From Candidatus Heimdallarchaeota archaeon (GTDB lineage Archaea; Asgardarchaeota; Heimdallarchaeia; Heimdallarchaeales; Heimdallarchaeaceae), in assembly GCA_030603365.1 (NCBI GenBank), contig JAUVXV010000013.1, positions 32,001 to 96,000 on the forward strand: DNA of 64,000 nt, written 5' to 3'. Shown here piece after piece: positions 9,991 to 19,009 of this stretch; the stretch's first letter is position 1; every line of letters starts with the position of its first letter. Position numbers and translations under genes: made by a program. A model generated the notes under the pieces. That model worked only from the letters and a program-made list of their open reading frames with translations, had not been told where the DNA came from and did no database searches.

Positions 9991-11499
9991 ATGGAATCAT
10001 TATCAGATACAAGAGTTATTGACCTTGGAATAAGAGGAGTTCAACGAAGGATTAAGGGCGCAAGAACCCAAACAGTGATTACACATGTAATTGGAAGATC
10101 GTTAGCAATAGGAGCTATAGCTTGGGTACTAGTGCAAATCTTCACTCTCATAGCCTTTGATGACCCTGCTAGATTCCCTGAAGGATATTTTATTGATTCA
10201 CTTTCATTCATTTTTGTGTTAATTGAGTTGATTGCTATTATAATATTTACTGCCCCATTGATGATTTTTGTTGCATTTCTAGGAGATGATGCATCGGGAA
10301 TTCTATTAGGTGCAAGAGCTTTCCTTACAGGAGACCTATTTGGTAGTATTAGTCCTCCATCTGGGGTGGATAGTAATCTGCTCTTTGGAAGTACAGCATT
10401 AGACATATTCTCACCATTTGTGTATCTTTTTGGTGGAGAAATACTCCAGCCACTAAGAATTGCAAATCGAGCATCATTCATGTTATTTTTCATAGTAATT
10501 CTAGTAATAGCTCTTGTAGCATTCCTGTTTAGAGCTGAGATGCGATCTGCTGCTGCTGCATTCATTAGTATACAAGTTATCATCTTTCATGGAAGTGTAC
10601 AACGACTGTTCAGTTCCAGCTTTAGTTTCTCACCAACAAATAATATAGGGGAGCTCTTTTCGAACAGTGTAGTTCTGATTGCACTCTCGTCGTACTTATT
10701 CCTAGAAATAGCTTTACAAATCTCGTATATCTCGCAGCTACTCAATCCAGCGCAAAGTAGACAACAGCGTGTACTCAGAGCACTTACTAGATTAAATGAT
10801 TTTAGGCTTGGAGTAACAACAAGTCCAGCTCAGCAACAAATTGTGACTGCTGAATCCGATGAAGATGGTGACGAACGACAGTCTACAAAATCTATTGGAA
10901 GCACGGGGAGTTCTATTGCACGTAAATTTGGTGTTGCGGGAATGACTTATTTCTTAGAAAAAGCTTCTGATTCATTATTTTCTCGTCCAGGCGGACAACA
11001 AGATAAACTAACTTCAAGGTTACAGAGATACCATGATGGTTTAGTACACAGTGATCCAAGAGTAGATGAGAAGCTTGTTGGAGCAGAAGTTACAGTTAAA
11101 CCACTAATGACAATAGTATATGTACTCACATCAGTCGTGTTTAGAGTTTTCATAATGTTAGCAGGATTGTATGCAATACTTAATCCAAATGTTTTATTAT
11201 TTGTTTTAAGATATCCAGAGCCAATTTACAATTCACTAGAGATGTTGCAACCTGAGGGAGTAGTGTTATTACTCATTCCTATTGTAGTAATAATCTTATT
11301 GCTTACTTCTCTAATTGGCTTCATACAAGAAAGATTCTCAAAAAGATTTGAAGATGCTCTAGACCCAATGTTAGCTGACCAAGAATTCTATGAAGAAGAA
11401 CTTCCAGGGATTATTACAGAAGGAGAGTTAGAACCTATAACTGAAGAAGAGATGTTTTATGATAGACTCTCTGAAGAATTTGGGGAAGAAGAAGATTAA
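9991..11499 (+). CDS. Multi-pass membrane protein, last gene of MoxR operon
   Basis: Many hydrophobic segments, acidic tail, 6 bp after the DUF58 gene. Confidence 0.7.
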   Translation: MESLSDTRVIDLGIRGVQRRIKGARTQTVITHVIGRSLAIGAIAWVLVQIFTLIAFDDPARFPEGYFIDSLSFIFVLIELIAIIIFTAPLMIFVAFLGDDASGILLGARAFLTGDLFGSISPPSGVDSNLLFGSTALDIFSPFVYLFGGEILQPLRIANRASFMLFFIVILVIALVAFLFRAEMRSAAAAFISIQVIIFHGSVQRLFSSSFSFSPTNNIGELFSNSVVLIALSSYLFLEIALQISYISQLLNPAQSRQQRVLRALTRLNDFRLGVTTSPAQQQIVTAESDEDGDERQSTKSIGSTGSSIARKFGVAGMTYFLEKASDSLFSRPGGQQDKLTSRLQRYHDGLVHSDPRVDEKLVGAEVTVKPLMTIVYVLTSVVFRVFIMLAGLYAILNPNVLLFVLRYPEPIYNSLEMLQPEGVVLLLIPIVVIILLLTSLIGFIQERFSKRFEDALDPMLADQEFYEEELPGIITEGELEPITEEEMFYDRLSEEFGEEED

Positions 11500-11508
11500 C
11501 CAATCTTC

Positions 11509-11550
11509 ACTCATTTTTTCCTTTCATTTTTTTTGATTTTCATTATTTTG
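11509..11550 (+). terminator. T-rich archaeal terminator of the MoxR operon
   Basis: Oligo-T runs (attttttcctttcatttttttt) directly after the stop. Confidence 0.45.
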
Positions 11551-11649
11551 TAACAATATTTTTCCAGTGGAAACAATAAGGTACTTGTTGGAAAGGTATT
11601 ATTTACTTGTTAAGAATAAACAAAAGAATAAAGAAAGAAGAAAAAAAGT

Positions 11650-13890
11650 TTAGGTTCGTTTATACATGAACCTTTCCCAGTTAGAAACATCAGGGACTTG
11701 AGGAGATAATTCTTTACGAGTACGAATAGACTCGATGATTTCAGTTTCAAGATTAATGGGGACACGTTCGAAACCTGTAAATTCATAACCAAAGAAAGCT
11801 CTACCTGAACTGCTTCCTCGTATTTCATCTGCTAGATCAATAGTTTCGGCAGTAGGAACCTTTCCCCTTATTCTAGTATTTTCACCCTCTTGTATCATAT
11901 CTAAAATTATACCTCTATGTTGTGTAATCACTTTAGACATATTTCCTACATAATCTGCAGGTACTTTGATGTCAATTATGAGCATTGGTTCCAAAACTTG
12001 TGGTTCACTTGTAAGGAATGTTGTATGAAATGCTGCTAAGCACATTTGGAAAATTTCGGTAAAACCTGTATGGGCTGGATCTACGTGAACTGTTGCATCT
12101 GTGATTGTAAATAATGCTCCCATGAGAGGCTCTTTAGCCAAAGTAGCACCTTCACAGAAATCATGGAAAATCTGGATGATATAGGCCTTAATATTGTCTA
12201 ACCTTTGAACACCAGTTGTAGCATCTATTATCATATTTGAGTCTTTAATGTACCAAATTCTTCTTGCCCTTTTAGCTTCCCAACCACCTTCTTGTTGAAG
12301 AAGATTAGCTCTTTCTCTCCTATCTTGGTCATTATGTACTTTTCCTGATTTTATCAAATCTATAGATGCTTGATTCAAAGGTTGAACATGAATCATAAGT
12401 CTATTATGACCATTTGGAGATTTAGCATGAACGTTAATACCCATCTTTGTTGGCACTTCTCTATAAACTATAATTGGGTCGCTAACATCTATTTGAACCT
12501 GTTCTTCAATTCTGGTAACCAAAATTTCTATCTGTAGAGGATCTATACCTGAAAGAACATATGTTTTAGACTCTTGGTCGTGTCTAAAAGTTGCTGTAGG
12601 GTCAGCCATAATCCACTTCGAGACAACTTCTCCTAACTTAGCAATATCTTGAGGATCTTTTGGTTTGATAGTTCTACTAACAACAGGTTCAGCAACATAA
12701 GAAATTTCTTCGAATGAAGTTAAGTTACCTTCCTCCCCTTCTCTAACAAAAGTTTCTCCTGCTGGAGTAATGAAACCATAAATAGCAAAAAGATTTCCTG
12801 CAGGAACCTCATCAACATCAAGTATATCTGTAATTTCCATTACTCCAAGTCGCTTTATTCTGGCAGTGGTTTTTTTACCCATCAAATACAACGTGTCAGA
12901 GCTTCTGAGTGTACCTGAAAATACTCTTCCAATTAGTGTAGGTCTTTTTGATTTTGGTTCAATAAAGATTTTAGTGATCATTCCCATTAATGGTCCATCT
13001 CTATCACAATTCATCAAAGATTGGCCTTCAGGAGAAGATAAATCTCCGCCCCAAATGGCAGGAATTTTCATTTTTTGGCCTTCTACAGGGTTTGGTAGAT
13101 GTTTAATTACCATTTCTAATAGTGGTTCTTCTAAAGGTAGGTTTTCTCTTAACCATGCTTTATCATCATGTTCATATTTAGCAAAAACATCTTGAGGTTT
13201 GATTTGCAATCTTTTTAGAGTGGTCATATTAAATGCCCAGCCATCTTTTGCACTTCCAATTGCAACAGAACCATCAGCAAATGAGACTTGCCAATCTTTA
13301 ACTGAATCTTCAGGAGCGTTATCTCTGATGAGTTTGTTCACACCATTGAGAATGTTATCGATTTTTTGAAAAACATCTGCTGGTGCTAACTTTAATTCAG
13401 AAATAAGTCTGTCAACTTTATTAATAAACAAAACTGGTTTACATTTTTCATTCAAGCTTAACCTAATGTTTGTTTCAGTTTGGGTCATAATTCCTTCAAG
13501 AGCATCAACAAGGATAATTACACCGTCACTACCTCTAAGAGCTCTGCTTACTTCTCCTGTGAAGCTTATGTGTCCTGGAGTATCATTGATTTCAAATAGG
13601 TAAGATTGAATATCTCCATTTTCATCTTCAAAATCATAGTTTAGCAATACAACTGAAGTAAAGATAGTAATTCCTCTCTCTTGTTCTTCTTCATCTGAGT
13701 CCATCATAACTTTGACCCCAGCGTCCTTATCACTCATAAGTCCAGCTTTTCTTAGTAGGTAGTCGCTGGTAGTTGTTTTACCATGATCGATATGTGCAGA
13801 TATAGAGAACACTCTTCTTAATTCCATAGGGTGATTCTTAATCATATCACGAATTTCTTCTGGATTCTTTACACGAACCATTTTTATCAC
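11650..13890 (-). CDS. fusA: Translation elongation factor EF-2 family GTPase (divergent, possibly the Asgard EF-2 paralogue)
   Basis: AHIDHGKTT, ERGITI, DTPGH, NKVD and full EF-2 length. The diphthamide loop reads HVDPAHTG. Confidence 0.9.
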   Translation of the reverse strand: MIKMVRVKNPEEIRDMIKNHPMELRRVFSISAHIDHGKTTTSDYLLRKAGLMSDKDAGVKVMMDSDEEEQERGITIFTSVVLLNYDFEDENGDIQSYLFEINDTPGHISFTGEVSRALRGSDGVIILVDALEGIMTQTETNIRLSLNEKCKPVLFINKVDRLISELKLAPADVFQKIDNILNGVNKLIRDNAPEDSVKDWQVSFADGSVAIGSAKDGWAFNMTTLKRLQIKPQDVFAKYEHDDKAWLRENLPLEEPLLEMVIKHLPNPVEGQKMKIPAIWGGDLSSPEGQSLMNCDRDGPLMGMITKIFIEPKSKRPTLIGRVFSGTLRSSDTLYLMGKKTTARIKRLGVMEITDILDVDEVPAGNLFAIYGFITPAGETFVREGEEGNLTSFEEISYVAEPVVSRTIKPKDPQDIAKLGEVVSKWIMADPTATFRHDQESKTYVLSGIDPLQIEILVTRIEEQVQIDVSDPIIVYREVPTKMGINVHAKSPNGHNRLMIHVQPLNQASIDLIKSGKVHNDQDRRERANLLQQEGGWEAKRARRIWYIKDSNMIIDATTGVQRLDNIKAYIIQIFHDFCEGATLAKEPLMGALFTITDATVHVDPAHTGFTEIFQMCLAAFHTTFLTSEPQVLEPMLIIDIKVPADYVGNMSKVITQHRGIILDMIQEGENTRIRGKVPTAETIDLADEIRGSSSGRAFFGYEFTGFERVPINLETEIIESIRTRKELSPQVPDVSNWERFMYKRT

Positions 13891-14013
13891 ATAATTGTGC
13901 TATGAGGCTTTTTCAAAAACTTATATTATAAATATAATGATTTTTGCGAATGTCCAAGATTGTTTTTGTTCTACAAAGATTTATTATCCTATCAAATAAT
14001 TAGTTCCTTGCAA

Positions 14014-15165
14014 ATGGTTATAGTACGTGGAAACGCTTTAATTGGACCAGATTTGGAGTTTATTGAAGGCATAAGCATTCATGTGGATGAAAACGGTATA
14101 ATCACAAATATATCCAAGAAACAAAGCTCTGCTAAATATGTTTTACCTCCTTCTTATGTAATTGTTCCAGGTTTTATTAATGCCCATACCCATGTTGCTG
14201 ATGCTTTTATTAAGGATTATACTTATGGTTTATCGCTTGAAGAAGCGGTTGGTCCGAATGGGATAAAACATTCCAAACTAAGATTAAGTTCATTGCAAGA
14301 TAAAGCTGAGAGTATAAGAAATTCTTTGGAATTATTAATAAAAAATGGTTATACTACCTTTGTTGATTTCAGAGAAGAAGGTATAGAAGGAATTAGACAA
14401 TTAAAAGAGGAATTGGATGACTTTCCGATAAGAGGTTTAATATTAGGACGAAAACATGGCGAAGATGATTTATTAGATGTTTTTGAACAAGCTGATGGGC
14501 TCGGTTTTTCTGATGTTTTTTCAATTAACAATGAATCTATGACTCAAACAAAGATTCTGAAAGAAAATAACCCTGAGAAAATCATTGCTATTCACGCATC
14601 TGAGTCAATGGAAACTATTTCCGAATCCCTTACTCAGTTTGGTAAACCAGATATAGAAAAAATATGTGAGTATCCGTTTTTTGATTTTGTTGTTCATGCA
14701 ACATACTCAAATGAAAACGATCTATCTCTTCTAAAGAAAAACGACATAAATGTAATCACTTGTCCTATTTCAGCCCTCTATCACGGTTTGAAATTTCCTC
14801 CTATTGCGTTAATGCTCAAGAGCAAAGTTTTACTTGGTTTAGGGACTGATAACACTTTTTGCTGTAACCCTGACCCATTTAGACTTATGGCATTCACATT
14901 GTATTCTGCACGTAGTAATTATCAAAATGTATCACCTAAAGAAATTCTAAAAACTGTTACAGTTAATCCTGGATTGATTGTTAAAAGACAGATAGGTCAA
15001 ATTACTGAAGGGTATAGTGGAGATTTCATCGGAATTGATTTGAATAGTCCTAACACTAGATATTCAAAGGATGTTTATTCAGCTTTGACTATGCGCGCAG
15101 AACCTAGTGATATAGGCTTTCAAATGTATAAAGGAAAGGTTGTAAAATGGAAAGACCAAAAATAA
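14014..15165 (+). CDS. Metal-dependent amidohydrolase/deaminase (SsnA/MTA-SAH deaminase superfamily)
   Basis: PGFINAHTH, IHASE, VVH and LGLGTDN motifs. ATG at 14014 preferred over TTG at 13960. Confidence 0.85.
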   Translation: MVIVRGNALIGPDLEFIEGISIHVDENGIITNISKKQSSAKYVLPPSYVIVPGFINAHTHVADAFIKDYTYGLSLEEAVGPNGIKHSKLRLSSLQDKAESIRNSLELLIKNGYTTFVDFREEGIEGIRQLKEELDDFPIRGLILGRKHGEDDLLDVFEQADGLGFSDVFSINNESMTQTKILKENNPEKIIAIHASESMETISESLTQFGKPDIEKICEYPFFDFVVHATYSNENDLSLLKKNDINVITCPISALYHGLKFPPIALMLKSKVLLGLGTDNTFCCNPDPFRLMAFTLYSARSNYQNVSPKEILKTVTVNPGLIVKRQIGQITEGYSGDFIGIDLNSPNTRYSKDVYSALTMRAEPSDIGFQMYKGKVVKWKDQK

Positions 15166-15818
15166 TTGTTAATGTAGCTTGCTCTTTAGATGGTGTAATC
15201 GCGTCTAATAAAGGAGCTTTAATCCTGTCGACTACAGAAGATTGGTTAAGAGTACATGAACTCAGAAATTCAGTGGATGCGATTCTTGTTGGAATAAATA
15301 CTATTGAGAAAGATGATTCTTTGCTAACCATTCGTTATGTGACACCAAAAACACCTCACCCTTTGCGTGTTATATTAGATTCTACGTGTAAAATACCTCT
15401 TACAGCAAGAGTTTTGACGAATTTAGAAATATATCCTACTTTGATAGTAACCTCTAAAGAATCTTCTGATGAAAAAATCAAAAAAATAGAAGAACTTGGG
15501 GCTCAAGTCCTTAAGATAACTAATAAACAACATCCCAACTATCTTAGCTTAACTGAAATCCTTCAGAAATTAAAGCAAGAATTCAATATAGAAAGACTAT
15601 TGGTTGAAGGTGGTTCGAAAATAATTACCGAGTTTCTCAAGTGTAAGTTAGTGGACACTATGCACATATTTTATGCAGCATTATTTGCTGGAACAATTAA
15701 TGCTAAACTTTTGTATGATGAAAAGGTTGTAGTTAATGTGGCTGATACACTAGATTTTGAATTAGAAAAAGTAGAACAATTTGAGGAAGGCTTTGTAGTC
15801 ACCATTAAACCAAAGTAG
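15147..15818 (+). CDS. 2,5-diamino-6-ribosylamino-4(3H)-pyrimidinone 5'-phosphate reductase (RibD C-terminal/ArfC type)
   Basis: ACSLDGVIA, VHELRNSVDAILVGINT, LRVILDS and LLVEGG. No deaminase domain. Confidence 0.85.
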   Translation: MERPKIIVNVACSLDGVIASNKGALILSTTEDWLRVHELRNSVDAILVGINTIEKDDSLLTIRYVTPKTPHPLRVILDSTCKIPLTARVLTNLEIYPTLIVTSKESSDEKIKKIEELGAQVLKITNKQHPNYLSLTEILQKLKQEFNIERLLVEGGSKIITEFLKCKLVDTMHIFYAALFAGTINAKLLYDEKVVVNVADTLDFELEKVEQFEEGFVVTIKPK

Positions 15819-16922
15819 TTGAGAGGTATGGAAACAGAAAATATTCTCTCCTTATTGCAGAATAATAAGGAAGAACTGTTCCTAAAGGCTAAAGAAAAAA
15901 AAGGGCAATTCTATAACAACATTGTAACATTTTCGCGAAATGTGTTTGTGCCTGTAACTCGTCAATGCAGAAATAGATGTGGATATTGTGGCTTTGTGTC
16001 AGATGATGCAAGTAGTTGGATTACTCCAGACAAATATCAAATTTTGCTTAAGAAATCTAAAGATGCAAAATGCAAAGAAATTCTGCTCACTTTAGGAGAA
16101 AAACCTGAAGAGAAATATCAAACAGCAAAAGATTTCTTACTTAGTCATAATTTTGAATCTACTGTAGACTATGTTAATTCCTTCTGTGAAACTGCATTAG
16201 ATAATTTTCTTCTCCCGCATTCAAATTTAGGAATTTTATCTTTCGAGGAACTTAAACTCCTCAAGGAAACAAATGCTAGTATGGGACTTATGCTTGAAAC
16301 AAGTAGTTCACGTTTGATGGAAGCAGGAGGAGCTCACCACTATTCACCAGGAAAGGATCCATCTGTACGTCTAGAAACACTTTCAAATGCTGGAAAACTA
16401 AAGATTCCATTTACTTCTGGAATTTTAATTGGAATAGGAGAATCTTGGGCTGAAAGAATAGAGTCTCTTCAAACAATTGAGAAAATTTACAAGAAATACA
16501 ATAATATACAAGAGGTTATTGTACAGAATTTTAATCCCCAGCCTAATACTCCTATGTCTGATTGGTTATCTCCCACTGATGAAGAGATTTTACTAACTTT
16601 GTCTATAGCTCGCATCGTCTTATCTCCAACAGTTAATATTCAAATTCCACCTAATCTAAACAAAGACAGAATTGTGGAAGCTTTAGATTCAGGCGCTAAT
16701 GATGTTGGTGGTATTTCTCCCCTAACTATTGACTATATTAATCCTAACATGGATTGGCATGAAGAAAAAATGCTGTATAAGCAATTGGGAGATTATAATT
16801 ATGAATTAATAGAAAGATTACCCGTTTATCCTCCTTATGAAAAATATTTAAACACTCGATTGAGAGAGATAATTGAGGATTATCACCACAATGAAGAAAC
16901 TCTCTACTCCAAAAATCGATGA
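15819..16922 (+). CDS. cofG: FO synthase subunit CofG (radical SAM)
   Basis: TFSRNVFVPVTRQCRNRCGYC, NASMGLMLE, SPGKDP, IPFTSGILIGIGE, IQIPPNL, GGISPLTIDYINP. Confidence 0.93.
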   Translation: MRGMETENILSLLQNNKEELFLKAKEKKGQFYNNIVTFSRNVFVPVTRQCRNRCGYCGFVSDDASSWITPDKYQILLKKSKDAKCKEILLTLGEKPEEKYQTAKDFLLSHNFESTVDYVNSFCETALDNFLLPHSNLGILSFEELKLLKETNASMGLMLETSSSRLMEAGGAHHYSPGKDPSVRLETLSNAGKLKIPFTSGILIGIGESWAERIESLQTIEKIYKKYNNIQEVIVQNFNPQPNTPMSDWLSPTDEEILLTLSIARIVLSPTVNIQIPPNLNKDRIVEALDSGANDVGGISPLTIDYINPNMDWHEEKMLYKQLGDYNYELIERLPVYPPYEKYLNTRLREIIEDYHHNEETLYSKNR

Positions 16923-18015
16923 AATGTGTGATTTAAGCTCGTTTAGAGCAACACATCAAGATGAAATTAAAGAAATAACTCAAATGCTTAAAAAAAGAGG
17001 TGGAGAGTTATGGATACAGACTTCAGTAGCAGATGAATTACGTACCCAACAATCTGGAGACGAAGTCACCTTTGTTGTTAATCAGAATATCAATTTCACT
17101 CAACACTGCATAGGATCTTGTCGTTTCTGTTCTTATAGTATAAAACCTGGAACTGTCAAAGATAAACCTACAAGGATGTCATTGGATGAGATAAGAATTG
17201 AAGCAGAAAAAGCGGTAACAAGAGGTTGTACTGAGTTATGTATTCAAGGTGGTTTAGATTCAGAACTAGATTATGAGTTCTATATTAACTTACTAGAAAC
17301 AATAAAATCAGTTTCTTCTAACCTTCACATCCACGGTTTTTCTCCTTCAGAAATTGCTTTTATGTCCCAAATCTCTGAACTAACTGTAGAAGATGTTTTC
17401 AAAGATTTAATGTCACATGGATTGGATTCTTTTCCAGGAACAGCTGCAGAAATTTTGGTTGATGAAGTAAGAAGGAAAATCTGTCCAGAGAAGATATCAA
17501 CTAATCAATGGGTCAATATAGTTTTACTTGGACATTCTTTAGGATTAAAATCAACAGCAACAATGATGTACGGACATATTGAAACATATCAAGAAGAAGC
17601 TGAACATCTGGCTATTCTCAAATATATTCAAAGCAATTCAAAGGGTTTTACAGAATTCATTCCTCTAACTTTTGTTTATCCAAATACAGTATTATACAAA
17701 TATTTAGGAGCAAGACCTAGTAGTACAGGAATGCATGATTTAGCTCTATTTAGTACGGCAAGATTATATTTAGGAGAATCTTTCTCCAATATTCAGGCTT
17801 CTTGGGTTAAACTAGGACCTAAACTAGCTCAAATATCTTTGAATGCTGGTGTCAATGATTTTGGTGGAACTTTATTTACAGAGAATATAACAAAGAGTGC
17901 AGGGGGAACTTTTGGAGAAGAAAAAAGCATCGAGGAATTTGTTGACTTAATTAGAGATGCGGGTAGAATACCTGTTCAACGAGATACTATGTATAGTAAG
18001 TTAAATACCTATTAA
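16891..18015 (+). CDS. cofH: FO synthase subunit CofH (radical SAM)
   Basis: VTFVVNQNINFTQHCIGSCRFC, PGTAAEIL, TATMMYGHIE, NIQASWVKLG, NDFGGTL. Follows cofG. Confidence 0.92.
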   Translation: MKKLSTPKIDEMCDLSSFRATHQDEIKEITQMLKKRGGELWIQTSVADELRTQQSGDEVTFVVNQNINFTQHCIGSCRFCSYSIKPGTVKDKPTRMSLDEIRIEAEKAVTRGCTELCIQGGLDSELDYEFYINLLETIKSVSSNLHIHGFSPSEIAFMSQISELTVEDVFKDLMSHGLDSFPGTAAEILVDEVRRKICPEKISTNQWVNIVLLGHSLGLKSTATMMYGHIETYQEEAEHLAILKYIQSNSKGFTEFIPLTFVYPNTVLYKYLGARPSSTGMHDLALFSTARLYLGESFSNIQASWVKLGPKLAQISLNAGVNDFGGTLFTENITKSAGGTFGEEKSIEEFVDLIRDAGRIPVQRDTMYSKLNTY

Positions 18016-18066
18016 GGATAAGCCAAGTTTTAAATTAAATGAAGTGCTTTGTTTTATAGGGGTTCA

Positions 18067-18912
18067 ATGAGTTCTAAAAAACGATCTTCTCCAGAGATTT
18101 GGAAGTCTCTTTCTAATAAAATTCGAAGAGATTTATTGTGTTTTATTGGAGAGAAGAACGTTGCTTCTTTTACTGAGATTCAAGAAAGATTCCAAATGAA
18201 AGTGGGGACACTCTACCATCATCTAGATACATTGGGCGCTCTTCTAACTCAGGATTCATCAAAACGTTATTTATTAACTGAAAAAGGAAAGAGATCTTAT
18301 GCATTGATTGAAGAAGAAATCGATGTGTCTGCTCCTAGTCAGCAATTGTTTGGCGCTCTTTCTTTTCTCCATATCATATTTTTGAGACCAGTCTATCGTT
18401 TTATAAAGACAGATTCTATAAGATCTCTGGGTTTTTCATTAATCCTCTTGATAGGTTTAACAGTTGCAACCTATTTTCTTTCTGCATCACCCATTTTTCT
18501 ATTTCCTTCTTTCATATCTCCTGATTTTCTTGCTCCAATATTCTTTCTAGCTTCAGTTGCAATAACCTACGCTATTTGTGAAGTATTTGTATCTCTAGTT
18601 TTTAAGCGGAAAAATGACAAATTGGCTCTCTTTCAAAGTGTTATAATTATTCAAATAGTTTTGATAATTCCTACAATTATACTTGCATTTGTTTTTGGGT
18701 ATGAATATCCTGTATCATTTCTGGATTTGAATGTCTGGTTCATAATTGTTGTATTTCTTTTCCAATTACTGTGTGTTGGTTTATTAATTGAAGCTATCAT
18801 TATTATCAAAGAATTAAGATTCGAGAAAGCTGGCGTTCTTGCCTTGTTTGTTGTTTTTATCGTAAATGCTCTCGCTTTTGTAATAATGAACTTACTGGAG
18901 GTTACGATTTGA
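18067..18912 (+). CDS. Winged-HTH (ArsR-like) domain fused to multi-pass membrane domain
   Basis: LSNKIRRDLL...SFTEI...GTLYHHLDTL...YLLTEKG followed by several hydrophobic helices. Confidence 0.75.
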   Translation: MSSKKRSSPEIWKSLSNKIRRDLLCFIGEKNVASFTEIQERFQMKVGTLYHHLDTLGALLTQDSSKRYLLTEKGKRSYALIEEEIDVSAPSQQLFGALSFLHIIFLRPVYRFIKTDSIRSLGFSLILLIGLTVATYFLSASPIFLFPSFISPDFLAPIFFLASVAITYAICEVFVSLVFKRKNDKLALFQSVIIIQIVLIIPTIILAFVFGYEYPVSFLDLNVWFIIVVFLFQLLCVGLLIEAIIIIKELRFEKAGVLALFVVFIVNALAFVIMNLLEVTI

Positions 18913-19009
18913 TGAAGTTCGAGAAAATTGGAACTCAATACTTTAAAATTTATAGAAATAAATGCTTATCAATTAACGTATATATAATAAAACATGAGGG
19001 GAACGCTGA

